A DNA stretch of 57,835 bases from Octopus bimaculoides (Eukaryota): assembly GCF_001194135.2 (NCBI RefSeq), contig NC_068984.1, positions 47,878,735-47,936,569 of the forward strand. Direction: 5' to 3'. The notes under the pieces are model-generated. The model searched no databases and was not told the DNA's origin. It saw only the letters and a list, made by a program, of their open reading frames with translations. Position numbers and translations under genes: made by a program. Each line of letters starts with the position of its first letter. Positions within the stretch are counted from its first letter, which is position 1. Of this stretch, positions 38,901 to 53,237 are shown one piece after another.

Positions 38901-40120
38901 TGTCTTTATTTTTTGAGATGATAAGATGTGATCTGCTGGAGATTTGCCAGCTATTTGTAGCTTGTCCCTGAAAGACCATATAGGATATATTTATTCTGCA
39001 GACGTCAAAGTACAAACGTTCGAACTGTACAACAAAGTGTCGATCTTATCAGTGTTTCATGGTTGCCATCGCTCCCGAAATTACGCAACAGCCACATAAT
39101 AGTTGAGACTAGTCATAGACAATAAAAAAATAGCAACACAACTGGAATACTAAAACTACAGAAAAAATTCTATACATTCAACTTTACATTCATCATATTC
39201 CCATCAAATTGATTTTTCTATAAAAAATTTAGAGGAGTAGCGGTTATACGATTAAATGTTCATTTACTAACAACTATTCTGGTTTTACTGAAGTCTGATT
39301 CATTTAACCAAATTACTTGAATAGTGATACTGTTTTAATTGAGCAATGAAACGAATTATCTTCACATTTATCTGAATGAGCTCTCTTCCGAATTTATCCG
39401 TTTAATTCTGTTACTGAGCAGAAAAAGAATGTACAAGGTCACCTTGTGGTCAAACGTAATTTACAACGGTTATTCAAGTTATAATCTAGGATTAAGTCAG
39501 AAGTTAGCAAAATATATGGTTTTATCATTTTAAACAAAGTATGAACTTGTAGATCCTACGTTGTACGTATGCTCGATTCCAGCAAATTAATGGACAGAAA
39601 AGTACCAATGTAGAGAAATAAAATTCTTACTATTATTGCAATTTATAAATACATTTTCATTCTTGTTATTCATCTCTAAAAGAAGAGACTTCCGATCACA
39701 TATATTCCATTTGTCGCCACTCTGTTTTTTTTTCTGGTAGTATATATAGGACTAGATTATGCAGTATGCTCTTCCCCTTTTAAAGCGGTACTGAGTAATT
39801 TAAGGGTGATTTGATTGATAAACCTTCGAAAACCAAATAACTACGTAATGGCTTCGTTTGATTGTTTCTGAAGAAGATATGTTACTATATTGGGTGTGAA
39901 CACATTCCTCGTACGTTTGGGTTTTAACGTAACTGAATTTTTGTCATCGCGTAATGCATTAGTCGTCCAGTATATAACATGACGAACAGCGCTAAGACGC
40001 AGCCCTAAAATTTACACAGCTTACAATGTATGTCTTCCAAAGCAAGGCAGTATTCTATTCGAGAAATTAGAAGTTGATTAAACTAAATTACCAAGGCTAA
40101 GTGACTGACAATGTGTGTGC

Positions 40121-40163
<43 letters not shown>

Positions 40164-40618
40164 GCATGGAGATTCAAGGAAGCGATTTATGCGTAGGTCA
40201 TGTGCCATCCGTCAGCCACAAATTCTTTTGTCTCAGTTGCTGCTTGTATCATCCAATATCATTTATTTTATACAACTAAAAAAAATAATAAATTCATAGA
40301 GTTAAATAGTATAGAGTTAAAGATTAACTGGGAAATTTTGAATGTGAAGCAATATCCAAGTAAATCTGAATATGATAGTTTTCTCTCAGATATTAAGAAT
40401 TATTAAATAAAATCTGTCTTAGATGGAAGACAACGTTTATGTTTTAATTGTAATGTCTTTTCATTTTTGAAATGTTGTTTTCCTCAAAGGCATGCAATTC
40501 TTCTCATTTTCGAGCAAAAGTATATTTAAAAAAAGCCTTCTGGTAACGATGACTACATTTTATCATCTTTCATAGATCTTTACAGAATTTTTTCAAATAA
40601 TAATACATAAATCCATCT

Positions 40619-40745
40619 AAAACCACTCTTTAGGGAACTCTCAGGGCAAGGAGGCAGGCAGAAAAAATCTTGGCATGACAACATCAAAGATTGGACAGGT
40701 CACAACAGCGCAACCATGCTAAACACGACAGTACACAGACCAATA
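40619..40745 (+). mobile_element. RTE-clade LINE C-terminal relic
   Basis: KTTL*GTL / GRQKKSWHDNIKDWTG resembles the RTE motif KxILQGTxEGxRxRGRQRKxWxDNIKxWTG. Confidence 0.55.
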
Positions 40746-43219
40746 ATGGTTGCACCAGCAAAGGGAGCTTTATGGCGATATAAAAAGATATGGAAACATT
40801 GATAAACACTGTTAAACTTGAAAATACAATTGATTTAAATCATACAATCAGCAATTTAATTATGAAATAGATTTTTCCTCTTTACAATAGATGTTATATA
40901 GAAATAATATGAAATTTAATCAAATGAAAAATGTACTTTTTAAACACAGAGTGTTTGAGATAAAGACGCATGTTACCAAATAATATGTTTATTTGATTCA
41001 AAATAATTTTTGGTCTTCAATTAATTTGCAGTGTTCATCCTCCAATTTATTTTTCCGTTTAATCCCTATAGTTTATAATTTCAGAGTCTTTTCCTTCCCT
41101 TTTCTCCAAAAGAAATTTCGTTAACGCAGAAGAGATTTTATTTCTTCATTAAAGATATAATTCCTATTGATGAAGCATTTTTTTCAGCATTTTTTTTCAG
41201 CTCACTATTTTAAGTATGATAGCTTGTATCCAACTAATTTACAATATGCTGCTGTAGCCAGAATATTGTAAAGGAACTAATTCACAATATGTTGCTCTAG
41301 TCAAGCGAACTCGATAGAGCTATAAATATACTTTTATAATATGAGTTAGAGAAATAGATACCACAGTGCAGTACACGTTTGCTATTTAGTTATTCTCCTG
41401 TTATATCGAAATAATTCAAAAGTTGTTCCTAAACTTCTGTCTTTTCATCAGTCTTCAACAGTTCACTGTCGAGCCACTGACTGCTTCCATTTGGTCGTTT
41501 AAATAAATCGTGGTAGAAATAACAGTAACATTTTCTTTAAAACACACCCATTTTCCATTATAGCATGTTGTCCTAGAAACACTATATCTGTATGAAATTG
41601 GATGGTCGTAAATCGAACGCCGTTGATAAAAGATCTGCCCAATCAATGATAGTATGCTTTAAACTATCAACACAAACAAAAGAAATGTCTAAACGATGAA
41701 GTATTGCCAAAAATAACAACAACCAATTGACACATTTGATAATTTAGTCTAAGATACATTATGTTTAGGAGGGATATTGATCATATGTCTATTGGCTCTG
41801 AGCTAAGTTGAAGTTAAACAACTATAGTAATAACTCCAACGGCATGTTAGTGTCCTCCAGCATGAATTATCGAGGCTGATAGTCACAACATACACGAATT
41901 CACGAAAGTGAGACGAGATCTCCAAAAGTCTTCAGAGGTAATAAATACAAACATATTATCTTTGTAGCAAAATCAAATCATAAGAGTTCATATAGTATTT
42001 TGAAAAACCTAGTGTGTAATTATTCATATGATGTAAACTGAAGCATCTATAATAATGTAAAATAAGTTACAAAAATTACCCATCGTTGAATATCAACATT
42101 ACCATTCATTCATTCTTCTTTCTTTCCTTTCTTTCGTTCCTTTCTTCCTTTTTCTTTTCGTTATTCATCATTTTTCTATGTAGTTTCTTATTTTAGCATT
42201 ATCTAAAAAAATGTGGGCATCTTTCAGTACATATAGTCTATGCTTCGGCCTAACAATTTTTGTTATTATTTTTGCGTAATGCATGTTAAAATATGATGAT
42301 AATAAACGAAAGAATGAGGATATTTCTGAAATGACAAAACACATAACATAAAAAAGAAACGAAGTAGTAACACCCGTAGGACGTATTAAATAAAGGAACA
42401 ATAAAAATAATATAAATAAAATAAATAGAAAAACTAGTGAAGTGTTTGATGTTTTAGAAACAAGAGCAGTTATATATATGATTGGTGAGCTACTTGTTGC
42501 GTTCAAAACGGTGTAGCAGTAGGAAAATCATTTTAATATATACGAACTTAGCAAATTGCCAAAAGATATTAAGCGTCAGTTTTAAGTATAATTCCTTATT
42601 TCTTTTTGTTTCTTTTATACTGTGTTGTAAAATCCAATTTATCTTGCATCTCTATAATAAGTAACAGCCATATTTCCCATTGATTTTCCTCTTACAAATT
42701 TATAAATTTGTTGATATGTAAGTAATCAATATATTCATTCCCAAATACATATAGATATAGTCTTGAAGATCGTAAGTTGTTGATTTGATTTGCGTAAGAA
42801 TAGCACTGATACACACGACTGACAACTGGCGGTGGATATTCTTTACTTATGAAATTAACGTGCAAGAGACTGTTGCGTACAGCTGCCATTCGCCATGTAC
42901 TAACATCCAGTAATATGAAGACTGGAGCCCAGATATAATTGCAAAAAGGACTTAGTCGATTAGGGTGCTTCATTCTGGGAATGAACCAGTTGACTCTACT
43001 ACCTTGTTGCTATCTATCCACAGTTATCGGAACGGACCTATGACCAAAGTTGCTTCAACCATGATCATCCGTTTTTTTAATTTCCAGACAACGTATAGGC
43101 AAAACTGTATTACACAATGTATTTCCATATACAGTTATATATTTAAGAGATGTGGAATTATGTACATTGTTTACATTATTTACAATGGACGGATATTAGC
43201 CTTCATCTTGTTTGTTGTT

Positions 43220-43265
43220 AACACAACGTTTCGGGTGATATACACTCCAGCCTTCATCAGCTGTC
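43220..43265 (-). ncRNA. Minimal type I hammerhead (left arm)
   Basis: gacag CTGATGA a ggctg-gagtgtatat-caccc GAAA CGT T gtgtt. The core is intact, with one mismatch in stem II and a G.G at the stem I closing pair. Confidence 0.65.
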
Positions 43266-43296
43266 TTGGGGAACTCAGGTTCGAAAATTTCCCCAA

Positions 43297-43342
43297 GGCA
43301 CCTGATGAAGGCCGGAAGGTATATCAGCCAAAACGTTGTGTT
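43297..43342 (+). ncRNA. Minimal type I hammerhead (right arm, G12A)
   Basis: ggcac CTGATGA a ggccg-gaaggtatat-cagcc AAAA CGT T gtgtt. Stem I is intact and GAAA is mutated to AAAA. Confidence 0.6.
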
Positions 43343-43858
43343 AACAACAAACAAGATGAGGACAAATATCCGTCAATTGTAAATAATGTAAATAGTGTTT
43401 CCATATATTTAAGAAAGAGTACCTCATGGGAAAGATTTGACTGTGGTTTCTATTAAGCGTAGCTATCATGCGGAGTTTTATTGTTAGCTTGTATTTCTTC
43501 TCTTTACACTGATGTAGGTTTTCGAAATCCAGAAACACTGTATGATTTTTTGTAAATAGTAGAATTCGGAGCTTTCAACGTGGATATCATATAGTCTATG
43601 ATATTCAATGTTATAAAAAGTAAAGATTGACACGCCTGGAACATATCTGATTAGATTCCTTTCAGGGAAGGCTTATTAAGATTGAATAGCTGTGACAACA
43701 AACCTAGCAAACCCAAGTATTGATAATTTGAGCGAAAAGTAACGCTTCTAGATTACAGTCCTTCGAAAAGCTAGACATGGCTCTCGAATACCTTTGAATC
43801 TCAGTCTAACGTAATACATACAGAAGAGTTTATAGGATAATGTAAATACGTCAGTGAG

Positions 43859-43902
<44 letters not shown>

Positions 43903-44043
43903 GCAAGGAGGGAGGGAGAGAATCGTTATGAATGGAGCAAAGGTTTCAATTTATAGGTATCAGAAATTTAGTTCTATAGTTAATAATTCTCCTTCCCTCT
44001 ACTCTCTTTCATTATGCGTACATGTATAATTACTGTTATTATT

Positions 44044-44175
<132 letters not shown>

Positions 44176-44189
44176 GTTATCATTATTAT

Positions 44190-45134
44190 TACTACAATTT
44201 TACTTTGCACAGCTTCTAACGCTGGAGATGTACTATGGTGTCAGCTGTGCACTCTCAGTGAACTAATGTAACACCTCTTAGTTTTGGAGCACCTTCCGAA
44301 GTATTCGTGCGGTTGTTTTGTTTCCTACAAGTCCTCCACCCTTATTGCAGCCCCTATTTGTTCCATGTACTTCTCAAGATTTACACTCACTGTTCCCAGG
44401 GCTCCGACAATTATTGGTACTACTACCGCCTTTTTCATTGACCACAACTGCTTAACTTCCCAAGCTAACCTGTCATATCTATCGACTTTTCTTTCTTCCT
44501 TATCGTATATCTTGTTGTCAGCTAGGCATGCTATATCGATGATCCAGTTCGCTTTCTTTCTCAATTAAGACTGTCTGGCATTCTATTTTTTATCTCGTGG
44601 TCGCACTGAATCATAAAATCTCACAGGATCATTGCATTATCATTTTCGATGATGCCTTCGGGTTTGTGGTCGTAGCTATCTTGTGATCTGTCAAGTCCAT
44701 ACTTGTTTCAAAGTGTCCAATTGACAAGCCTTGCTATATTGTCGTGGCGTCTCTTATATTCCTTCTGGGCTAGTGGTGTACATTGGCTGGTAATATGCTA
44801 TACGGTTTCACTATTTTGTCCAAAGATTCTGCACTTATCACCTTCTGATGTGCTGTCTATTCTATATTTTATGTAGTTTGTTCTTAGTGCTTGCCCTTGG
44901 GCAGCACAGACTAGAGCCTCCGTCGCCGGTTTTAAATCACTTTTAGTCATCCACAGCCATCTTTTTTGTCTGTCTGTCTTATCTTTCACGTCCCTATGAA
45001 ATTGTCCGTGCATTATTTTCTTTACTCATTTATTTTCAGTTTCATTCATTTTCAATTGCTTGTACAATGCTTAATCTTTGCAATCTTTCATCCTAATGGT
45101 TTCATTTTGTAGTAACATATTGCTGTTTCCATAT
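44190..45134 (-). mobile_element. R4/Dong-like non-LTR retrotransposon 3' fragment (REL endonuclease), lineage 1
   Basis: MHGQFHRD..EALVCAAQGQALRTNY..KCRIFGQNSETV*HITSQCTPLAQKEYKRRHD (CCHC knuckle + RHD), then PD..IIDIACLAD..VVVPIIVGALG. It is flanked by (TAA)n on both sides. Confidence 0.85.
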
Positions 45135-45136
45135 TG

Positions 45137-45216
<80 letters not shown>

Positions 45217-45254
45217 GATCATCATTATCATTATCATTATTATTATGTTTATTT

Positions 45255-46116
45255 TTTTCTTCTTCAAATTTTCTTCCATTTCTCGCCGAGTGTTTTCCGT
45301 ACACCTAAGACAGAGAAGCTCATTGTATGCATTCCCAATTTACACACGCAAATTCACAGGTAGAATATGTATTTAAAGAAATTAATAAAAAAAATCATGA
45401 ATGGATGTTGTTTTCACAGCGATAATGCTCTTCTCAGTACATGAGTCGTTCCAGTTATCACGATTTTTAGCACTTCCTGTAGGGATGGTAAGCCTGGTAT
45501 CATTTTCAAATAGGTTTCAGTACCTTTTTTAATCATTCCTAGAGATCCTATAATCACTGGTACGGTAGTCGCCTTGAGATGCCACATTTTTTCAATTTCT
45601 ATTAGCAAGTCTTTATATTTACTGATCTTGTCAAATTCTTTCGCCGCTATATTATGGGAATACTCATGTCAATTAATAAACACGTCTTCTTTGTCTGATC
45701 TTTTATAATAATATCCGGTTTATTAGCTTTTATAGCCTTGTCGGTATGTACGGGGAAGTCCCAGAGAATCGATATATTTTCTCCCTCAGTCAAAGCTTCA
45801 GGATGGGTGTTTATACCATTTGTCAGCGGTTTTGATTTTATAATGCCGACATATTGTCCAGTGTAAATACTGGCCAACTCTATCATGTCTTGCTTTATAT
45901 TCTACAGGTGTTAAGACTCTACACCCTGAGATTAGGTGGTCTATAATTTCAATCGCATCGTTACAGAATCGGCATTGTGGGTCAGTTCCATTTTTTTATC
46001 ACACTGGCTTGGTAGTTCCGGTTTAATAAACTTTGGTCTTGAGCAGCCAATATGAAACCTTCACTCTCTGCTTTTAGCCCTGAGCTTCGTAACCATTGAT
46101 GCGTGTGTTTCTGGTC

Positions 46117-46117
<1 letters not shown>
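45255..46117 (-). mobile_element. R4/Dong-like non-LTR retrotransposon 3' fragment (REL endonuclease), lineage 2
   Basis: THQWLRSSGLKAESEGFILAAQDQSL..CRFC..IDHLISGC..EYKARHD..ILWDFPVHTDKAIKANKPDIII..LIDMSIP..VPVIIGSLG..GTTHVLRRAL*. It is flanked by (TAA)n on both sides. Confidence 0.88.
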
Positions 46118-46167
<50 letters not shown>

Positions 46168-46226
46168 CATTATTATTATTGTTGTTGTTGTTGTTGTTGC
46201 TGCTGCTGCTGCTGTTGTTGTTGTTG

Positions 46227-46286
<60 letters not shown>

Positions 46287-46296
46287 NNNNNNNNNN

Positions 46297-46347
<51 letters not shown>

Positions 46348-46348
46348 C

Positions 46349-46380
<32 letters not shown>

Positions 46381-46412
46381 CAATATCATTATTATTATTA
46401 TTATTATTATCA

Positions 46413-46461
<49 letters not shown>
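46113..46461. repeat. Compound (ATT)n/(GTT)n/(GCT)n microsatellite with internal gap
   Basis: Directly visible. Related (ATT)n arrays lie at 44020-44190 and 45134-45245. Confidence 0.95.
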
Positions 46462-46519
46462 TCGGACAACATGGAATCGTGCTGCTGCTTCACATACAGA
46501 CATTCAGGACAGCATTCGA

Positions 46520-46830
46520 CACCATATTCGGAGAAAGCGTTACTCGATTAATTGGCATAAAGTCATACACTCCAGCCTCTTGCCCACTGGCGCGCTATGT
46601 TATCTCTCTGCCTTTTTTTGTCTAATAACTCCTGCTAATCGGAGCTTTCTGGGCTCATGCCATCTAAGCTTAGAGATTATTCACCCAAATTAATCCTAAA
46701 TCTATTATTCTTGTTGTATCCCATCCACAGGTCGCCCTCTAATCATTACGTCTGTTCCTTCCTTCTCAGATTGTTGCTCCTTAGAATTTCCCTTTAAAGT
46801 TCATGCATTATCACAGTGCTGATATCCAAA
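46520..46830 (-). mobile_element. Possible highly decayed RTE-like LINE fragment
   Basis: Frameshifted pieces REILRSNNLRRK / VMIRGRP / WMGY / LRWHEPRK..RQKK / RQRDNI loosely follow RTE C-terminal motif order. Confidence 0.3.
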
Positions 46831-49066
46831 GTCTAAGGAGGAACATCAGTGGCATTAACCTCACTGGTATAGGAGGCCCAATGAAGGCCAGGTAGACTGT
46901 CCCTTCTACCAGACCCACCAAGTAATAAACACACACATATATAATATACATATGGTAAGAGACATACAGGGAAAGAGAGAGAGAGAGAGAGAGAGAGGAA
47001 GGAAGGAGGGGGAGACAGAAAACAAGAATGTGTGTGTGTCTACACGCTCACGTGTATCTTGTGTGTGCACAACAAGCTTCTGCACAGTTTCCGTCGTCAG
47101 CCCCACAATCACAATTATCGATGTATTTGACAACCTTAGGCTACTGTACAGGGCTCTTTACCAAAGCACCTCACAATGAAATTAATCCTAAAACCAAACA
47201 GTTATAGAGCGATCTTTCGAACCATATACTCAATTATATTCAATTTGCAATAGTATGCTGTAAGAAGACGCAAATCTATTAGGATTTTCCCCTACCCACG
47301 GCACATCAACTTATTCAAATTTACGAACTCCATTTATATTAAACCATGTTCTTTTCTGCTATATTAAGCTATGTTGTATTCTGCTATATTAAGCTATGCT
47401 GTATTTTGCTGTATTAACCCAAGTTATATTCGGTCTTCTTTATTCATACCATACTTTGTTTTCTCACTTTCTTACTACTTCTGTTTCTTTCAGTTTGCTT
47501 CCCTCTCATTCTTATTCTTTCATTCTCTCTATCTCTCTTTCTCTTATTCTATGCCTTTCTCACATACGAGCTTTCTCTTACCCTCTATGCTAATTTCCTC
47601 TCGCCTCATTCTCTTTATCTCTTTCTATCATCTTAACTCTCATTCGATTTACATTCCTTCTACTTATTTTACTCTTTCTCTATTTCTAATACCCTCTTTG
47701 CATTCTAATTTATTTCTCTTTCTATCTAGCTATTTATTTTCTTTTTTGTCTCAGGCACCATCTTCTCGTTCCCTCTCTTACATTCTCTCTCCTTTACTCT
47801 TCAATACCAACATTTTTTATCTCAATTTCTTATCTGTTCCTTCGATCTCCTAATCAAACCTTGTATCTCTCTTTTACTATCTCTCCATTTGCTTCTTCTC
47901 TGTCTCCCTTAAGATTTCTTACTCACACTTTCTCTCTTGTCTTTTGTCTTTATTCATTTTCTTCTTTCCGTTTTTGTATATAACTTTCTCTCATTTCTCT
48001 CTTCTTTTATTTCGTTAATTTCTTCCTCTGTTTCGTATGTATCAGTTTTTATCTGTCTTTATTTTTAAATTTAAAATATAAAGTTCTCTTCCTATTCTTT
48101 TTTTCTTTTAATTTTGTTCTTTTTCCTCCACCACCTCTTTTCATACACTTTCACCCGATTACAAACTGTGTTTTTTTAATATCTCTATTGCATCGCCACT
48201 ATGTTTCATCGTTCAAGTACTCCTCACACACACGCAGGAATACCTGAAACAGTACAAGTACAACTACCACACACAATGAGTCTCTTCGAATACAAATACA
48301 ATATATTCGAATGATTGGTCAAGATCACTCTGCAACATGCTGTTACCTTTAGTGCCCACGCACCCTGCATACTTTTATTCACACTTTATTTACCCTTAAC
48401 GTTTATGCTTAAAAATACTATCCGCCCATCTTATATAGTTAATCTCGCATTTAGTTAAATTATATCAAATGCTTTATTTGTGTATTTTTATTGTCGTTTC
48501 ATTAATACATTGATGCAATTCAGTACACGTTGGAAATTTTACTTTTGTTATTGTAAATATACATTTTTACAGAACAGCATTACTATTTATCTGATAACGT
48601 TACAGGCAATTTAATTTACACGCGCCGAATTATTATAGACAACGGCCAATTTCGTCTAAATGCCCCATTTGTTTTAACTCTCCAATTATAATTCTCCATT
48701 TCTGCTACTCGTTACACAAAGCCGTTTCTACGACTTTCAGAGACCAAAAAATTTGCTCTGTGTTAATTCCAACTTGAAATGTAAATCTCGCACATGTTGT
48801 CAATAAATAAACACAAGTCAAACACTGTGACCATTCAACTATTTCAACTATGCTTCTACTGGAGCTCGTGTCCTCTTTTAACAAGATTTAGTATGATGTG
48901 CCCGAATCAATTTATTGAAAACGAACCTAGTCTGTAAAGATTTTAGGTTGCTTTTGCTGATTCTATTAATGTATAAAGGAAGTCCAATTGCTATTTCAAA
49001 ATTTCAGGATGATGGCATGAAACCATTCTACAAAGTAACCAGAGACGCAGCACACACACACACATA

Positions 49067-49123
<57 letters not shown>

Positions 49124-49947
49124 GCACACACACGCACTCACTTCATAAATTCATTCAATGAGATTCTCGAAAACTGCGTATTGACGCTTTTAGTTTTTTC
49201 ATTAGAAATGTTACTTTAGTAACGATGTCTGGAACACACAAGCATAGGCATATATTTATAAGTGTGAGTGTATTTGTGTGTGTGTTCGGAGGTATAAATA
49301 TATACATAACAATATCGGCAAATATAACACTCGCCAATTGGAGAAACTATAACTTTGTAATTCGATAAACTAAAATTAGCAGCCAAATTACATCAAAGCT
49401 TTCTTCAAACAAAAGGAAGGAGTCAGAGATCTCTTAATCCTAGGGATGCAGGAAAGGCGAGTTATGTTTGAAACATCTGTCATTTCTTTTTATTTTGCCT
49501 AATAAGAGTAGACCGAGGATGATGACAACATCATTACAATATATTAAGCTGTGATAAACGCAACATAAATTACGATACCTTTCCTAGGGATTAAGCCATA
49601 TAGTTTGGAATGGTATATTGCTAGCTACATCAACTTCAATATTTGACTGGTGCTTCCATTTTATGGACCCCGGTAAGTTAATCATGGCATGATTCGAACT
49701 AACAACGTAAAGTAAGTAAATACACCAAGGCATTTTGTCTGGCGATCTGTCGATTCTGTTAATTTACGAGACAGGTCACAACAGTAGTTTGAAACAACAG
49801 TAATAACACCACCAACAACAGAAATGGCAAACAGCAGCAACAGCAACAAAAGCAGCATTTGCAATGACAACAGCTGCAGCAATATCAGAAGTAATAACAG
49901 CAGCAACAACCTTATCTGCAATATCAATAGGAACTAAGACAAGAACC

Positions 49948-50103
49948 CATCCATCCATCCATCTATCCATTCATCCGTCCATCCGCACGTCCGTCCGTCC
50001 GCCCATCCATCCATCCGTCCGTTCGTCCGTCCGCCCATATGTCCGACCGTCCGTCCGTCCGTCTGTCTGTCTGCCTATCCATCCATCCATCCATCCATCC
50101 ATC

Positions 50104-50134
<31 letters not shown>

Positions 50135-50141
50135 CTATCTT
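49948..50141. repeat. Compound tetranucleotide microsatellite (CCAT/CCGT/CTGT/CTAT)
   Basis: Directly visible blocks of one-step motif variants. Confidence 0.95.
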
Positions 50142-50589
50142 CATACGTAAGTTCTAGACGTTTGCTAAACGTAACTAAAGTAAACAACTCAACTTGATTT
50201 CGTATAAGGATATGTTAATAATTAGTTTTATGCCCATCACTCACTCCATGCACTTACAATCGCACATAGCAACATCCACATACACACACACACGCACATA
50301 CACGCGCGCGCACACACACACACATACATACAAACACACATATATGCACATATACCACCACACTATTTTCTCTCTCTCTCACATGTACGCATGGGCTCCT
50401 CTACCGTTTACTTTTATCAAACGCCATTCACCAGATAGCTATCAAATCGAGGCTATAGACACTTTCCCAAGGTGTCATCCGACATGATCGAATCTTTTAT
50501 TTGATCACCTGCAGAATTGCCGGCATCACATTCTTTTTTATGAACCTAGAGAAAATGATATGCAAAAAGTAAAAATGATAGTCCATCGT

Positions 50590-50778
50590 AATTCTGGCAC
50601 AAGACCAGCAATCTTGAGGTGAGGGACATGCGAACTACATAGGGCCTAGGGCTTAAATGTGGTACTCTTTTTTTCTGACACCGAAAGGATTTAAGACATT
50701 ACTGACTTCAGCAAGATTTGAACTCGAAACGGAATGAGTTGAAAGATAAGACACTACTGTTAACGACTATGGAAGGTT

Positions 50779-50816
<38 letters not shown>

Positions 50817-50970
50817 CAGCTTTGTTATAAGCACAAGGCCTGATAGAGGCCATGAAAGGATGGGAAGCAAAGTCAACTTCGGCGAAATTTGAACACAGAA
50901 CATAAAGATTGAGGAAATGCAGCTAAGCATTTTGCCGGGCGTAGTAACGATACTGCAAGCTTGGTGCTTT
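50590..50970 (-). mobile_element. Two partial SINE family B copies separated by (TAG)n
   Basis: ccgaaaggatt..gacttcagcaagatttgaactc (50680-50730) and gaaaggatgggaagcaaagtcaacttcggcgaaatttgaacacagaac...gctaagcattttgccgggcgtagtaacgat (50855-50955). Confidence 0.7.
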
Positions 50971-51003
50971 AATAAGTGGTATTATTATTATTATTATTAT
51001 TAT

Positions 51004-51046
<43 letters not shown>

Positions 51047-52031
51047 TGTAGTAGTAGTATTAGTAGTCGCAGCAGCAGCAGCAGCAGCAACAGCAGCAAC
51101 AGTTACAGGGATAATATTTTTGTATCCTAGGTATAAAAAAACGCGTTTTCTATGGAGTTGCCACTCGTTGAAATTGATCTCAATGCTTAAAAAATAACAA
51201 AGTTGGCAGCGATAAGATTTGAACTAAGAACGTTAAGAGTCGTGCAAATACAGCAAAGCACATTGTCTTACGGAGATTTATATATACAGACACACATACA
51301 CACACATACATACCGACCTATATATACATACAAAAACATATATTTGTATGTATATATATATATATATATATNNNNNNNNNNNNNNNNNNNNNNNNNNNNN
51401 NNNNNNNNNNNNNNNNNNNNNNNNNNNNNNNNNNNNNNNNNNNNNNNNNNNNNNNNNNNNNNNNNNNNNNNNNNNNNNNNNNNNNNNNNNNNNNNNNNNN
51501 NNNNNNNNNNNNNNNNNNNNNNNNNNNNNNNNNNNNNNNNNNNNNNNNNNTATATACACGCAAACATACGTGTATTTATATATTCAAACTGAAGTATATA
51601 TACATATATGTATATATATATATTCGAACATATATGCGTGTGTGAGAGTTTGTGTGTGAGTGTGCGTGCATATATTTTTGAGCGTGTGTTATTTCAGTGG
51701 GTATATGTATGTAATTTTCTGTTTGTTAGTTCTAAATATCTATTGCTATCACCTCTTTGTATACTTGAATCTGTGTATCTAACCAACATTGGAAACGGTA
51801 ACTTTCCAGACATGACGTCATGCTATATTCTGAAAATTATTATTCACTTTGCTTCTGTTTAATTTTTTTTGTATTATACTCCTAGCAGACAATTTCTTCA
51901 ATAAAGGTTATGTAAAAAATTATCTAAGAACTCACTGTTAATATTAGAGTCAACACGTCCTTCTATTTATATAGAGATTATATTTTGTCGCTACTGTTGC
52001 ATATAGAATTAAAACGCAATATTATATATAT

Positions 52032-52083
<52 letters not shown>

Positions 52084-52149
52084 TCACTGGTTTTATGTAA
52101 GCCCCCCCACACACACACACTGTCAATGGTTCCTTACTCCCCGGTTGCA

Positions 52150-52830
52150 AATAAATTATTTCCTGGACTTTACGAGCTGAGTTCGAATATAACCACTATC
52201 AACATTGATTTTGCCTTTCATCGTTTCGAGGCTGATTAGATAAAGTGCAGTCTAGTACTAGGTCCGACGGTATCCTCTTACTCCCCTAAAAATTACTCGT
52301 CTTGTGCCAAAATTTAAAACCGTTATTAAAAGCAGCAAGGGCGTTGAGTTGATAGAGTCGACAAATGGTTGGACAAGATGCCTAGCAGTAATTTTTCATT
52401 CTGTTCCCTGTTCAAATACCACTGGGTTTAACTTTGATTTTCATTCCTCCGGTGTCGATAAAATTAAGGACTACTGAAGTCCTGAGTTTAATATAATCGA
52501 ACTATATCACTCACCGAAAAAACTGTTGGCATTGTACTAAAATCTGAAATAACTATTAAGGCGGCAAAATGTCAACAACAGTAGCACGTCGGATAAAATG
52601 TGAAGTGGCATTTCTTTCGGTGGTGTGCTGGTAGAGTCATTCTTTCGGTGGTGCGCTGGCGGCATTTCTTCTGGCTTTACGTGCTTAGTTTAAGTACCAA
52701 CGTGTTCGACTTTTCTTTTCATTCTTTGGAGGGTCTATAAGGTACATACTAGTGAAGTAATGAGTATAATGTAAATCGACTAAACTCTCCAACTAAAATT
52801 GCTGGCCTTGAGTCAAAGTTTCAAAATATT
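52150..52830 (+). mobile_element. Three head-to-tail SINE family B copies
   Basis: Each has a gagttc.aat/gttcaaat box, a tttgcctttcat/ttttcatt segment and an end in ...gtgccaaaatttaaaac / gtactaaaatctgaaa / ggccttgagtcaaagtttcaaaa followed by tatt. The third copy has an internal duplication of attctttcggtggtg.gctgg. Confidence 0.7.
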
Positions 52831-53182
52831 ATTATTTTATGAGGACTATACTCAAGCTCTGCTTTTAAGGTATTTTACAAGACACATTCATCCTTGCAAA
52901 CACACACAAGCGCGCACACGCACACACTCGCACATTTTCTCTCTCTCTCACTTTCTTTTTCACACACATGTATAAACAACCACACTTACATGTGTGTGAG
53001 CGAGCGCATCAGTGGGAATGTGTGTTTACATACATGCATATGTGTATGTATATTTTCTTTCAGTCATTCTATGTATATGCATTTACACGCAAACACATAC
53101 ACATATACATACATATATCTATATCAATGCAAATGGATATACATGTATATGCAATTAAAAACATTCATATATGTGTGCATAG

Positions 53183-53237
<55 letters not shown>

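Larger units (their letters stand above)
43170..43392. mobile_element. Foldback of two inverted PLE-type terminal repeats (~105-bp arms, 15-nt loop)
   Basis: 43170-43273 is the reverse complement of 43289-43392 with scattered mismatches. The loop is ctcaggttcgaaaat. Each arm carries a hammerhead motif. Confidence 0.9.

Noticed and set aside
41455-41646. 63-aa minus-strand ORF with protein-like composition
   Set aside because: It is short, with no recognisable motif and no convincing donor site.
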